Shown: positions 1 through 10,580, numbered from the stretch's first letter. The stretch is 64,000 nt of DNA from Gammaproteobacteria bacterium (GCA_050298595.1 JBNKUM010000040.1:1-64000); one strand, 5' to 3'. Numbers and translations: made by a program. Notes: generated by a model from the sequence alone, not told the origin.

Positions 1-865
1 ATTGGTCACTGCGACCGAGATTAGCTGGACTGCAGAGCCACCATTACCATCGTCGACTGTGACCTGCACCTGATAAACGCCATTGCTATCGGCATCGCTG
101 GGGTTCTCAAAGTCGGGAGCGCTGTTAAAGCTTAATATGCCGCCGCTTGTGATGCTAAACAGTGCGCTGTCTGTACCGCCGGTGATACTGTAACTCAGCG
201 CATCGCCATCCACATCTATGGCCGTGACAGTCGTTACTGCAGTCTGATTTTCGGCTGCGTTGACGTTGGCGTTGCTGGTAATCTGTGGCGCGTCATTCAC
301 ATTCGCGACATTGATGGTGAAGCTCTGGGTGGTGGTGAGGACTCCATCGGTCACTTCGATCACGACATTATGGTTACCCACTTCGGCATTGCCCGGGGTG
401 CCGCTGAGGAGCGCGGTGCCATCTCCGTTATCGGTGAGCATGAGCCAGGCTGGTAACGTGGTGGCGCTGATGCTCAGTGCATCGCCATCGTCATCGCTGC
501 TGCTGAGGGTGTAGCTATAGGCACTGTCCTGAGTGGCGCTGGTGATCGCGCTGCTGGTAATCTGTGGAGCATCATTTACATTGGTCACTGCAACCGAGAT
601 CAGCTGGACTGCAGAGCCACCCCGGCCATCGTCGACTGAGACCTGCACCTGATAAACGCCATTGCTATCGGCATCGCTGGGGTGCTCGAAGTCGGGGGCG
701 CTGTAAAAGCTCAACACACCGCCACTTGTGATACTGAACAGTGCGCTGTCTGTACCGCCGGTGATACTGTAACTGAGCGGATCGCCATCCACATCTGTGG
801 CCGTGACGGTCGTTACTGCGGTCTGGTTTTCAGCAGCATCAACACTGGCACCGCTGATGATCATG
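1..865 (-). repeat. Intragenic near-identical cadherin-domain repeats (~1-290 and ~580-865) separated by an Ig-like domain
   Basis: attggtcactgcgaccgagattagctggactgcagagccacc at 1 recurs nearly verbatim at ~580; period about 579 bp. Confidence 0.85.
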
Positions 866-3600
866 GGAGCAAAATTGGCGGTATGCTCATAGGCACCGAT
901 ATCGGCACTGAGTTCTCGCAGGTTACCAAGCTGATCGGTGACAGGTGCCGAACCGCCCGCAGCATTGTAGGCGATACTGGAGCCTGTAATCGCATGGAAA
1001 TACTGGCCAGTACCGGCATCCTGCACCAGCAGGCTCAAACTAGGATCACCACTCTGATCAGTCACATCAAGCGTAAACCCGGTAGAGTCACCAAAGATAT
1101 TGTGACCATTACTGGTAACAGCACCGTTGACATCAACCGCATACCACAGGGAGGTATTGTTAGCGAAGATTGAGTTACTTATGTTTGCAGTACCAGAAAG
1201 AAGATAGAGACCTCCCCCATTACCGTTAGTGGCTGAATTAAATGCCACCGTGCTGTAATTAATATTGATCGTACCACCCGCTATACGAATACCACCACCG
1301 TCAAATTCGGCGGTATTCCCACTGACGGTGACATTGGTCATGTTCAGTACACCAGACCTCACGGCAATGGCTCCGCCACCGGTTGCGGTATTGTTGTACA
1401 GTGAAACGCGATCCAGCGTCATGCTGCCCTCATTGTACAGAGCGCCTCCCACATTTCCGCTAATCGTGTTACCGCGAAATACAACATCACTGGCGACCAA
1501 TGTTCCAGCATTAGAAACAGCCCCGCCAGTCTGGTTAACGGTATTAGCACCCGTGACGGTCAGGTCTTTCAGGGTTAACGAAGCGCCTGGTTTGACGTCG
1601 AAAACTCGATCGCCGAGTAAGCTTGCGTCTATGGTGGTCAGCCCTGCACCTGCACCCTGTATGGTAATATCACCAGTAATATCCAGATCACCGAGCGCTC
1701 CCAGATCTTCATAAAGACCAGCCAGCGACAATGTATAGTTGCCCGCCGCCAGGAAGATCGTCTGGTGACCGGCTGTATTGTTGCTGGCTATGATCGCTTC
1801 ACGCAAGGAGATTAAACCGTCCAGCCCCTTGTCTGCGATCAGGTTGGACACCGAAGTTAAGCTACCGTCTACTACATCGCTCAAGGTGTCGACGATCAGA
1901 GCCTGATCAGCACTCACATTGGCGGAAAATTCAGAAGTTGAACCATAGCTCCTGTCTGCATTAATCACCGTAGCGGTCGCACTAATGGCCTGACCGCTTG
2001 TCACCGCCTGGTCAAAACTGGCAACAAAACTGGCATCGCCATTGCTATCGGTCAAAACGGTGGTATAGCCCAGGTAGTTTTGTCCTTCACCATATCCCGT
2101 AGCGTCAGCTGCTGCATTGGCGAAGAACTCGATGCGTAATGTGGTGTTGGCTGTACTGTTAATCGAGCCGGAAATAACGATTCTGCTACTATCTGATCCT
2201 GCCGCGGCAAGCACTGGGAAGTTCTGCAAATCATTGGCACCGCTATCGGCATCGCCAGCATCGTTGGCATTAACCCCATCGGTTGCCAGGTCGATCGCTA
2301 GGCCACTATTCCCAAAAATGCTGTTAGCAAGAAACGTATTAGCACTACCAGCATCACTGTTAACGAAAATTCCATCAGTACCGCAGCCAGTGATGACATT
2401 GCCAGCACCCGCAGTGTCACCACCGATCAGATTATTACTCGCGCCTGCGCTGAGGTATATGCCACCATTGTTACCCACGACATTGCCACTGGCATCCAGG
2501 CCAATGCTGTTGCTCTGTAAGGTGACATTGCTGGCGCCATTGAGCCAGATACCGTTGGTATTGCTGGTATTTAAGTTGTACAGGCCCAGCCCCTTGATGA
2601 TGGAGCCACTCGCGCCACTGTTGACGACCAGTCCATCGCTGGCACCAGCGGCGCTTCCATCGATAAACACCAGGGGGGTATCGATATATCCGGGTGCGGT
2701 GGTCGCATCAATGGTGATTTGATCGTTTAGCCCTGGCAATGCGCTTTGCAGCGAAATCGTACCAGCCACGCTGAATTCGATAGTATCCACACCACCAACG
2801 CTGTTGGCATCCAGAATGGCCTGGCGCAGTGTGCCTACACCTGAGTCAGCCAGTGAGGTCACCGTATAGGTCGCCAACGTCTCGCGATAGGTATCCTGGA
2901 ATCCAGTGCTCAGCGCGATATCATTGCCAATCTGACCGCGGTGATATTCAAGAATCCAGTCCCCGCCCAGGCTGCTATGACCGGTTAAGTCATCGGAGGC
3001 GGCAACATCAGCCATTGTCAGGTCACTCAGGTCATTAACCAGAGTTTTCCCAACCTCCGATTCGGCCAGGTTACAGCCGTAGATCAGGATATCGCCAGAT
3101 TCTGCGAAGGAATTAGCCCAAAGTGAAATATTCAGTCGATTTTCCTGCAGGGAGTCACTATTCAGAGAGCCACTTCCTAACTTTATTGATCCATCCGAAC
3201 CATGCGCAATGAGATGCAGTACATCCAGATTTTCATATTGCTGCAGAATAGAGGATATCTGTTCGACCCCATCACGCTGGCTATCGAGCACAACGATTTC
3301 GAGGTGACGACCGGTATCAGACTGGTTATTGATATCATCGATGAAGTTCTGGTAACCATCAATAGCACTATCGATAACGACGAGTTCGTGACTGAAATGC
3401 TGCTCAGCCTGCTCCGTGCCTGCGTCAAACTCCGAGATCACGTTATGCTGCTGACTGCTATCGACATCCAGATAGGTGGCGCTGGCAACGGAAGTAAGCT
3501 GCGTATCGATAACGCCTTCCAGCCCTGCCGAAAACAGCTGACGCGGTTCCAGCTCCTCCAGAATGAATGTGGTCTCCCTCCGGATAGACCGATGTTTCAT
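1..3600 (-). CDS. Giant secreted adhesin-like protein (LEPR-XLL leader, DUF4347, beta-helix repeats, cadherin/Ig repeats); 3' end beyond window edge
   Basis: Not in ORF track (open at edge). Manual translation from ATG at 3600: MKHRSIRRETTFILEELEPRQLFSAG, then DUF4347 motifs (LHLIAHGSDG, ILIYGCNLA, AASDDLTG..LGGDW), SLREAI and GGAI/GGGI repeats, DIGAYE, cadherin motifs (ATDVDGD.LSYSI, APDFE.P.D, V.NVNDAP). In frame to base 1. Confidence 0.9.
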   Translation of the reverse strand, partial: MKHRSIRRETTFILEELEPRQLFSAGLEGVIDTQLTSVASATYLDVDSSQQHNVISEFDAGTEQAEQHFSHELVVIDSAIDGYQNFIDDINNQSDTGRHLEIVVLDSQRDGVEQISSILQQYENLDVLHLIAHGSDGSIKLGSGSLNSDSLQENRLNISLWANSFAESGDILIYGCNLAESEVGKTLVNDLSDLTMADVAASDDLTGHSSLGGDWILEYHRGQIGNDIALSTGFQDTYRETLATYTVTSLADSGVGTLRQAILDANSVGGVDTIEFSVAGTISLQSALPGLNDQITIDATTAPGYIDTPLVFIDGSAAGASDGLVVNSGASGSIIKGLGLYNLNTSNTNGIWLNGASNVTLQSNSIGLDASGNVVGNNGGIYLSAGASNNLIGGDTAGAGNVITGCGTDGIFVNSDAGSANTFLANSIFGNSGLAIDLATDGVNANDAGDADSGANDLQNFPVLAAAGSDSSRIVISGSINSTANTTLRIEFFANAAADATGYGEGQNYLGYTTVLTDSNGDASFVASFDQAVTSGQAISATATVINADRSYGSTSEFSANVSADQALIVDTLSDVVDGSLTSVSNLIADKGLDGLISLREAIIASNNTAGHQTIFLAAGNYTLSLAGLYEDLGALGDLDITGDITIQGAGAGLTTIDASLLGDRVFDVKPGASLTLKDLTVTGANTVNQTGGAVSNAGTLVASDVVFRGNTISGNVGGALYNEGSMTLDRVSLYNNTATGGGAIAVRSGVLNMTNVTVSGNTAEFDGGGIRIAGGTININYSTVAFNSATNGNGGGLYLLSGTANISNSIFANNTSLWYAVDVNGAVTSNGHNIFGDSTGFTLDVTDQSGDPSLSLLVQDAGTGQYFHAITGSSIAYNAAGGSAPVTDQLGNLRELSADIGAYEHTANFAPMIISGASVDAAENQTAVTTVTATDVDGDPLSYSITGGTDSALFSITSGGVLSFYSAPDFEHPSDADSNGVYQVQVSVDDGRGGSAVQLISVAVTNVNDAPQITSSAITSATQDSAYSYTLSSSDDDGDALSISATTLPAWLMLTDNGDGTALLSGTPGNAEVGNHNVVIEVTDGVLTTTQSFTINVANVNDAPQITSNANVNAAENQTAVTTVTAIDVDGDALSYSITGGTDSALFSITSGGILSFNSAPDFENPSDADSNGVYQVQVTVDDGNGGSAVQLISVAVTN

Positions 3601-3825
3601 AGATCCCATGAATACTCGCTATGGAAATACTGCTTGGCTAATAGATTGCATATACAAAAACTACTTATTCGATCAGCTATTTTTTTGTTATTGCTGAACA
3701 GATTAAGTATAGATTGCCATCCTGAAGTTTCAGGGCAATAAGGATAGACGGTAATTAGAAACTATAGTAGTGAGAAGCTAATCACATAAACAGGCGTCAA
3801 ACAGGGGGGGAACTTGATTGGTGAG

Positions 3826-4662
3826 TTAATGGTCACGGATTACAGCCTGTGGCGCCTCAAAATCAAAACGCGCCCGGCAGTTAACACCAGGTACTAATCC
3901 TTCACCCAGGTTAGGTAGAATCATACGGACAGTAAAACTGCCACTGGCTGGATCTATCAGTTGGTCAACCACACTAACCCTGGCCTTAAAGGATTTATTC
4001 ACGGGTTGCTCTGGAAAGACATCTACATTCATTCCGCTACGGATCAGGCCAAAGTATTGCGCGGGAGCAATCACTTCCACACGTAAGGGGTCAATCTGAG
4101 CCAGCTTCATAATGGTACGATCAATCACCGATTCGCCGGCATGGGTGTAACTATCCACCACTATGCCATCAATCGGGCTTTTGAGGGTACGCAAGGCCAG
4201 TTCCACCTCGGCCTTGTGCAGGTTTAACTGAGCCAGCTTTCTATTTTCTTTCGCCTTGATGAGTTCGATTTTTGCCAATTCAAACTCTGTATTCGCCTTA
4301 TCTTTTTCAAATAGCGAGACAGAGTTTTTATTGTATAAATCCTGCACTCGTTTCAGATTTCGTTTAGCGTACTCCAACTGTACTCGTCTGTTTTCCACTT
4401 CACTCCAGGATTCCGCCTGTTGTTGAGCTAGCTCGAGCTTGGCGATCTCAACCGAATTTTCGAGCTGAACCAGAGGTTGCCCCTTAGTGATTTTGTCCCC
4501 TATTTTGACTAACATCTGTTTCAGGGTGGTATCCACTGGACTACTCAACTCGATGTACTTCTCAGGTCGAACCAGGCAATCGAGTTCAGCCTTATCAGCT
4601 AAGGCCGGGTCTGAACTTAGCAGAAGGCCAAGTGATAGCAATGTGGTAATTTTCAGTTTCAT
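3826..4662 (-). CDS. Membrane fusion protein / RND-type periplasmic adaptor (HlyD family)
   Basis: Likely start MKLKITT (4662) with signal peptide; lipoyl-like halves (VKIGDKITKGQPLVQL; LKSPIDGIV), coiled hairpin, IDPASGSFTVR. Confidence 0.88.
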   Translation of the reverse strand: MKLKITTLLSLGLLLSSDPALADKAELDCLVRPEKYIELSSPVDTTLKQMLVKIGDKITKGQPLVQLENSVEIAKLELAQQQAESWSEVENRRVQLEYAKRNLKRVQDLYNKNSVSLFEKDKANTEFELAKIELIKAKENRKLAQLNLHKAEVELALRTLKSPIDGIVVDSYTHAGESVIDRTIMKLAQIDPLRVEVIAPAQYFGLIRSGMNVDVFPEQPVNKSFKARVSVVDQLIDPASGSFTVRMILPNLGEGLVPGVNCRARFDFEAPQAVIRDH

Positions 4663-4678
4663 TGAGTATTTTCGCAAG

Positions 4679-6670
4679 TTATTCAAAACAGCCGGAAAAG
4701 GCCAGCACACGCCGCAATCGTTTATCTTCTTTCATGAGTTGATTTCTGATGCGACGTTGTTCTTTCTCATATTTTTTCTGTGGCAGATACAGTATCAGAT
4801 TTCCAGGCCAGGCTTTGACTGGAGCATGATCCGTCGCGAACCTGGCCATTAGCCTGAGCATAGCAGAAGAATAGTATTGCATTAAAAGCGGATCCTGCAG
4901 TGATAATATGGCTTCACTACTTCCGGGATCACCCTGGCGGGCGCAACGCCCGTAAAGCTGACGATCAACTCGACGCGAGGCATTGCGACACAGTGCCAGC
5001 ACATGCAGGCCGCCTTTTTCTGCCACACCGGGCGCCAGAGCGATATCCGTCCCCCTTCCCGCCATATTAGTTGCAACGGTAATGGTAGCAGACTGGCCAG
5101 CCTGGCTGATAATTTCCGCCTCCTGTTTATCCTGGCGCGCATTGAGGACCTGGTGCGGAAGTTCTTGCTGCTGTAGCCAGGCACTGACCTGTTCTGATTC
5201 GGCGACACTGCAGGTACCCACCAGCACCGGTCGCCCCTGCCGGTAAAGTTCGCCAATACGCTCAATAAAAGCCTGTTTTTTTTCATCCTCATTTCGGTAC
5301 AGCTTTTGCGCCATCATGTGACGTTTTGAGGGTTGATGGGTTGGGACCTTGATGACATCAAGGTCATACACCTGGCGTAATTCACTGGACACTTCGGCAA
5401 GGGTTCCCGAAGTACCCGCAAGACGCAGATAGCGACTAAAAAAGCGCTGGTAGCTAATCCTCGCCAGTGGTTCACGTTGCTCACTAATGATGCAACCTTC
5501 CTTGGCTTCGATCATCTGGTGTAAGCCCTGTTCCCAGGAGCGATCAGGCATCAGTCGACCAGTGGATTCATCGATAATTACCACCTTGCCATCCTGGACA
5601 ATATAATGCCTGTCCTTCAGGTAAAAATGCGTGGCGCTAAGTGCCAGAGTGACCAGGCGTTCGCGTTTGCGTTTATGCCGCCATTGTGCAGGCAGGTTAT
5701 GGATTAAATCAGCAAGCCTGTGCTCAGCGCGCTCAGTTAACTCAACCTGGCGTGCTTTTTGATCAAGCCGGTAATCCTGGTCCGGAAACAGGGTTGAGGC
5801 CAGGTAGAGCGCATCGCTATAGGTTTCATTGGATTCATCATTAGCTAGTGTACGGCTTATAATCAATGGGGTTTTCGCTTCGTCGATCAACACGCTGTCA
5901 GCCTCATCAATCAGGGCGAAGCACAGTCCGCGTAGTAGCAAAGGCTGTTTTGCGGCGCGCTGACGCTGATACTGTCTCCATTCAAAACGCTGGCGGCCGG
6001 TGTCCTGCCCCATCTCGATACGATCACGCAGATAGTCAAACACAATCTGTTTATTGGTGGTATGTACGATATCGCATTGATATCCCTGCTGACGCGTCTC
6101 CAGCTCCATGCCATCGGTAATAGCAGCCGCACTAAGTCCCAGGCGTTGATACAGGGGTTGCATGATCTCGCAATCACGCGCTGCCAGATAGTCATTCGCG
6201 GTAATGACGTGAACGGGTATCCCCGCCAAAGCCGCTGTACAGGCTGGCAGGGTGGTGGTCAGGGTTTTACCTTCACCGGTTTCCATTTCTGCCAGTATAC
6301 CGTTGATCATCAACCAGCCTCCGAATAGTTGTTCATCATAATGACTCTGCCCCAGGGTGCGCCCAGCTGCTTCGCGGATGAGTGCAAAAGCCTGAAACAT
6401 CAATGCTTCGTCAAGTCCCTGGCGATAGAGCTGTTCACGCAGTTGCTGGATGCTGTCGGTGAGCTCCTGTTCCGACATTGGCAGTAGCGACGCCTGTTGT
6501 TCATGCACTCGTTGAGCCACCCATTGCACGCTATGTTTTTTGCGCGTAAAGCGCTTTTTTAAATGCATGAAAAAATGCCTGACCTGTTGCTCCAGCTCGC
6601 TAAGATCGGAGGCCTTTTTCTGCGGATAACTGCCAAGACGCAAACCGGGGCGAAGGTGTAATTCAGACAT
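4679..6670 (-). CDS. SecA-like DEAD ATPase (short accessory SecA paralog)
   Basis: AEMETGEGKT, VHVITANDYLA.RD, IDEADSVLIDEA, ATNMAGRGTDI, RRVDRQLYGRCARQGDPGSS; 663 aa, lacks the C-terminal wing/Zn-finger region of housekeeping SecA. Confidence 0.92.
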   Translation of the reverse strand: MSELHLRPGLRLGSYPQKKASDLSELEQQVRHFFMHLKKRFTRKKHSVQWVAQRVHEQQASLLPMSEQELTDSIQQLREQLYRQGLDEALMFQAFALIREAAGRTLGQSHYDEQLFGGWLMINGILAEMETGEGKTLTTTLPACTAALAGIPVHVITANDYLAARDCEIMQPLYQRLGLSAAAITDGMELETRQQGYQCDIVHTTNKQIVFDYLRDRIEMGQDTGRQRFEWRQYQRQRAAKQPLLLRGLCFALIDEADSVLIDEAKTPLIISRTLANDESNETYSDALYLASTLFPDQDYRLDQKARQVELTERAEHRLADLIHNLPAQWRHKRKRERLVTLALSATHFYLKDRHYIVQDGKVVIIDESTGRLMPDRSWEQGLHQMIEAKEGCIISEQREPLARISYQRFFSRYLRLAGTSGTLAEVSSELRQVYDLDVIKVPTHQPSKRHMMAQKLYRNEDEKKQAFIERIGELYRQGRPVLVGTCSVAESEQVSAWLQQQELPHQVLNARQDKQEAEIISQAGQSATITVATNMAGRGTDIALAPGVAEKGGLHVLALCRNASRRVDRQLYGRCARQGDPGSSEAILSLQDPLLMQYYSSAMLRLMARFATDHAPVKAWPGNLILYLPQKKYEKEQRRIRNQLMKEDKRLRRVLAFSGCFE

Positions 6671-8810
6671 TAAACTGCCTCAGAAATATTTGACGCAAGC
6701 GGCGCATAAGCTGAGTTGCCAAAGGTTCACCACCATGATCGATCCGCACATAGGCGCGCATACCAAAAGGAATATTCTGCTGCTCGGGATCAAACCGGAG
6801 GTCAACCAGAAAAACCTTCTGCATAGCAAGTAATGGATTATTGTTATCCCCTGTGACAATAAATGAGCCGCCCCCGTCGATACTCAGAGCCGCATGGGGA
6901 AGTTGACTGGTCGCTTCCGGTGCCTGGCTGATGATACTGGCTGAATACTCCCTTTGGGTATCATTGGCAAAACGGATACGGATGTCCTTGATCTGTTGGC
7001 GTAATTGCCCAATATGGTCCTGACTGACGGCCATATGCACGGTAGAAGCTGGTTTATCAACTACATAGCCCAGCACTTCACCCTGATGGACGAAACGTCC
7101 CGGCAGGTCCTCGGCCTGTGGAATGACCAGCGTGCCGCCGACATTGGCCTTCAGCGACATTGAATTCAACTTATCCAGCAGATAGGAATATTCAGATTCA
7201 GCTATACCAAGCTCTTCCCTGATCAATCCCGCCTCAACCGGGTTTTCGATGCGTCTGGAGCGATACTGAATCTTAAGCTCACTTAACCTGGCTTCGGCAA
7301 TTTTCAATTTGCTCTGCAGAAAGGGGTCAATCAGTTGCAATACGGTGGTCCCCTCCTGCACCTGCTGCCCGTTATCCCGCTTTATCTGTCCAACAAAACC
7401 ATCGTGCCTGGCTTTTAGTAATCCCTCTTCCGGCTGCCACACCACACCTTCACTTAAGGTATATGAAGGAATAGGGACAAAGCCAATAAGAGCAACCAGT
7501 ACAATTACTAACACCATTGACCCCAGTACCGCACGCCCTCGATGCTTCTTCACCCCAGGACTGGTCAGCATGAAGTGCAATGCCCTGTATAGCGGTGACA
7601 GCAATTGCTGGCTGACTAGCCACAGGCTCAGCATCACACCCAGCAGGAAGAATTTTTCCGCAACCAGTACAAAGATGAACCATAAAACACTGAAGCGGTA
7701 AATCAGTGACGCAAGACTATAACCGATAAACCAGTAGACCTCCCCATCTGCCGAAACGGGTGAGTTGAGCTGCTTCAGTCCTAACAGGTAATGCTTGAAA
7801 ATATACTGCCAGTATTGGGCTGAGCGCTGGTAGAGGTTTGGGATACCAATCGCATCAGACAGAATATAGTAACCATCGTATTTTAACAGTGGATTCGCGT
7901 TAAAAAACAACGAGGAGATACCACCAATGATAAACATGTCAAACCCTATGTTATGTACCAGACCTGGTTCGGTCGCGAGGAATAACAGCAAGCCCAGAGC
8001 CGCGATGGAGGACTCAACCAGTATACCGGCTGCACTGACCAACATGCGCTTATATTTGTTACGAAAATGTGTGGCGGCAGATACATTGACATAAGGAACT
8101 GGCATCAGCAGCAGAAAAGTCACCCCCATTTCATGCACTTCACCACCTTCTAGCCGGGCACTGAAAGCATGCCCGAGTTCATGCAGAACTTTAATCGCCG
8201 GATATAACAGAAACATCAATAACAGGTTGTAGGGCGACAACGCATTAATCGCGAAATGCTGACTGATGCTCGGCCAGTTCTGTAACGCCTGTGACAGGCT
8301 GTAAACCATCAGGATCACCCACAGTAGCGCCATCCAGGGTGTAAAAACCCAACGCACCTTATCGAAATGACGTTGCAGAAAATGTTCCGGATCCCACAAT
8401 GGAACCTTTAATGCAGCCGGGTTGAGAAGGCGTTGCAACAGACGGTCTTTATGGTGTTTTTCCTTTCGCTCAAAGAGCTCCTCGGTATTGATAGCAAAAT
8501 CTGACTGGATCAGATCGGCTGCATGCAGCTGGCCGAGTAGCTGGATAATCTCAGGCTGGCCCGGTGCCTGATCATCAAGCTGTTCACTGACCAGTTGATA
8601 GATTTCTTCCACACTGCGCTTGCCGTCGAGATAGCCGATAACCAGATAAGCCGCAGGGTTAAAACGGTGACTGCGAGCAGTCATTGTATTTTCCAACAGG
8701 TACCAGATCAGGCCACGATATTGCTGCCGATGAATCACGACATGTTGATGTAATCGGGGTTTTAAATTGCTGACCCGATACCACAGGGGGCTAATCACTC
8801 CATCATTCAT
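6663..8810 (-). CDS. PqqD-like domain + site-2 (M50) zinc metalloprotease + HlyD-type adaptor fusion
   Basis: HELGH and NANPLLKYDGYY S2P motifs among TM helices; N-terminal LDGKRSVEEI winged-helix segment; C-terminal lipoyl/coiled-coil MFP. Confidence 0.85.
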   Translation of the reverse strand: MNDGVISPLWYRVSNLKPRLHQHVVIHRQQYRGLIWYLLENTMTARSHRFNPAAYLVIGYLDGKRSVEEIYQLVSEQLDDQAPGQPEIIQLLGQLHAADLIQSDFAINTEELFERKEKHHKDRLLQRLLNPAALKVPLWDPEHFLQRHFDKVRWVFTPWMALLWVILMVYSLSQALQNWPSISQHFAINALSPYNLLLMFLLYPAIKVLHELGHAFSARLEGGEVHEMGVTFLLLMPVPYVNVSAATHFRNKYKRMLVSAAGILVESSIAALGLLLFLATEPGLVHNIGFDMFIIGGISSLFFNANPLLKYDGYYILSDAIGIPNLYQRSAQYWQYIFKHYLLGLKQLNSPVSADGEVYWFIGYSLASLIYRFSVLWFIFVLVAEKFFLLGVMLSLWLVSQQLLSPLYRALHFMLTSPGVKKHRGRAVLGSMVLVIVLVALIGFVPIPSYTLSEGVVWQPEEGLLKARHDGFVGQIKRDNGQQVQEGTTVLQLIDPFLQSKLKIAEARLSELKIQYRSRRIENPVEAGLIREELGIAESEYSYLLDKLNSMSLKANVGGTLVIPQAEDLPGRFVHQGEVLGYVVDKPASTVHMAVSQDHIGQLRQQIKDIRIRFANDTQREYSASIISQAPEATSQLPHAALSIDGGGSFIVTGDNNNPLLAMQKVFLVDLRFDPEQQNIPFGMRAYVRIDHGGEPLATQLMRRLRQIFLRQFNV

Positions 8811-8822
8811 GACTGCCCGCCC

Positions 8823-10580
8823 CTATGGCCACCATGACCAGAACCAGAGCCTGGCCCAGTCGATAAAATCGTGCGTCCAGATCCACAACAGCTTAGCGCG
8901 CCCAACGTTTATTTTAGCGACACCCTGCATACCAGGGCGCAGAAAATCGGTGGCCTTGTTCAACGAGGCTTCCACCCGGAAAATGTTGGCGCCATCTTCT
9001 GCGCGTGAAGCGATAGTGACTTTTTCCACGCTCAGGGGAAGCTCAACATCGGACAGACTGGGCAGGATCAACTGCCCCTGCTGTCCCGGGTGAACCTTAG
9101 AAATCTGCTTTTCATCCACCTTGAGGATAATACGATACCCATCCAGCGGTGCGATCTTAAACAGGCTTTCCCCTCGCTCTATGGGTGATCCTAGCGACTG
9201 CGCCAAATCCCCCTCAATAACCACCCCATCAAATGGCGCGGTCAAATTAACGCGGTCGAGCTGCTGCTGGGCCAGTTCGATTTCGGCACTGATTTGCTTG
9301 AGCTGTTCATCCATGATGCGCACCTTGACCAGGTTGCGTGTCGACTGAGCCTCTCGATGTTCACGTCGTGCTTTCTGTAGCTTCCCCTGTAGCCTGGCCA
9401 GCTGCAAATTAATCTCGGCATCATTCAGGCTCGCCATGACGTCACCCTGGCGAACCGTGTCCCCGGCGCGCGCAGCGGCGGATAGTAGATACCCGTCAAA
9501 CGGTGCGCTAACCACTCGCTGAACCCGCCCTTCAAGAATCGCATCAGCGGTCACTCTATAGTCTGCATCAACCAGACTACCCACCGTAACCAGTAATACC
9601 AGCATGATGATGGCTAACTTCGCCTTCAGATGGTGGACACCTGTCAGCGATTGCATTGATTGTCTGAGTGCTTGGATATTCTTCTGCAGCAGATTTTTTT
9701 CCTGTTCCCGCTTTAACGCCAGATAGGGTGTCAGTAGCAGAAAAGCCTGTTGGCATAATCGACTGTTTTCTTCGGTGAATGGGGTTTCTTCATTACGTAG
9801 CAGGGAGATCGCAGCAAAAGGCTGTTCCTTGTGCATCAGAGGAATGGTTAGAATGGAACCAAAGCCATCTATGCGACCGAGTACCTGATGTGATCGTTGA
9901 ATGTAACGAGCATCCGGATTCGGGAACAAGATGACGCTATCCTGCTCTATAGCTTCATCCATGGCATCTGCCACTTTTTGAATCAAGTTTGAGCGCGTAT
10001 CGAAATCAGCACTATTGGAAAGCGCGACAACCTGACTGTAATACCCCTTATACTCAGAAAAAGCCACACGTTCACAATTGAACATCAACGTAAGTTCAGT
10101 GACCATAGCGATCAGGCTTTGCTGATAGGAGTTCTTCTCGAAACAGGCTGAGAGCAAGGCGACCACTGAAGCATAGAAGTTGTCATCATTATACTGAGAG
10201 GAAGTCGATACCAACCTCAACCACTGGATGCTTTTATTTAACAGCTCCTGTACAGCTTCTCTTCCAGTATCTGAGGTACTTTTAGTACGCACTAACAGCA
10301 CGCCCACTAATCTGGATTTCAGGTAAAATGGTAACGCAAACAGATCTGAATCCTGATCCTCGGTTTTTATCGCTTCTGGGAAACAAACAGGCTCGCGCTT
10401 CTTTAAGGCGTATTTCATGACGCCTGAGAAATAGTCAATCTTATTTTGATCTGCAGGCCATTTTGCCAATGGTCTTAACTGCTTATGCTTGCTATCCGGC
10501 ACCATAAGCAGAGCTGACTCAACACCCGACAACTGTGCACAAAGCAGGTTTAACCATTTTTGAGTAAAGGTTTTATTCAT
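8823..10580 (-). CDS. GAF-domain HlyD-family membrane fusion protein
   Basis: N-terminal GAF-like region, one TM, VSAPFDGYL..ARAGDTVRQGD, LTAPFDGVV, LRPGMQGVAKI. Confidence 0.85.
   Translation of the reverse strand: MNKTFTQKWLNLLCAQLSGVESALLMVPDSKHKQLRPLAKWPADQNKIDYFSGVMKYALKKREPVCFPEAIKTEDQDSDLFALPFYLKSRLVGVLLVRTKSTSDTGREAVQELLNKSIQWLRLVSTSSQYNDDNFYASVVALLSACFEKNSYQQSLIAMVTELTLMFNCERVAFSEYKGYYSQVVALSNSADFDTRSNLIQKVADAMDEAIEQDSVILFPNPDARYIQRSHQVLGRIDGFGSILTIPLMHKEQPFAAISLLRNEETPFTEENSRLCQQAFLLLTPYLALKREQEKNLLQKNIQALRQSMQSLTGVHHLKAKLAIIMLVLLVTVGSLVDADYRVTADAILEGRVQRVVSAPFDGYLLSAAARAGDTVRQGDVMASLNDAEINLQLARLQGKLQKARREHREAQSTRNLVKVRIMDEQLKQISAEIELAQQQLDRVNLTAPFDGVVIEGDLAQSLGSPIERGESLFKIAPLDGYRIILKVDEKQISKVHPGQQGQLILPSLSDVELPLSVEKVTIASRAEDGANIFRVEASLNKATDFLRPGMQGVAKINVGRAKLLWIWTHDFIDWARLWFWSWWP

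Noticed and set aside
260-3741. Plus-strand ORFs over the adhesin (e.g. 2117-2722, 3202-3741)
   Set aside because: Antisense shadows of the long minus-strand gene.
4679-6670. Housekeeping secA
   Set aside because: Too short, lacks C-terminal domains, wrong gene context.
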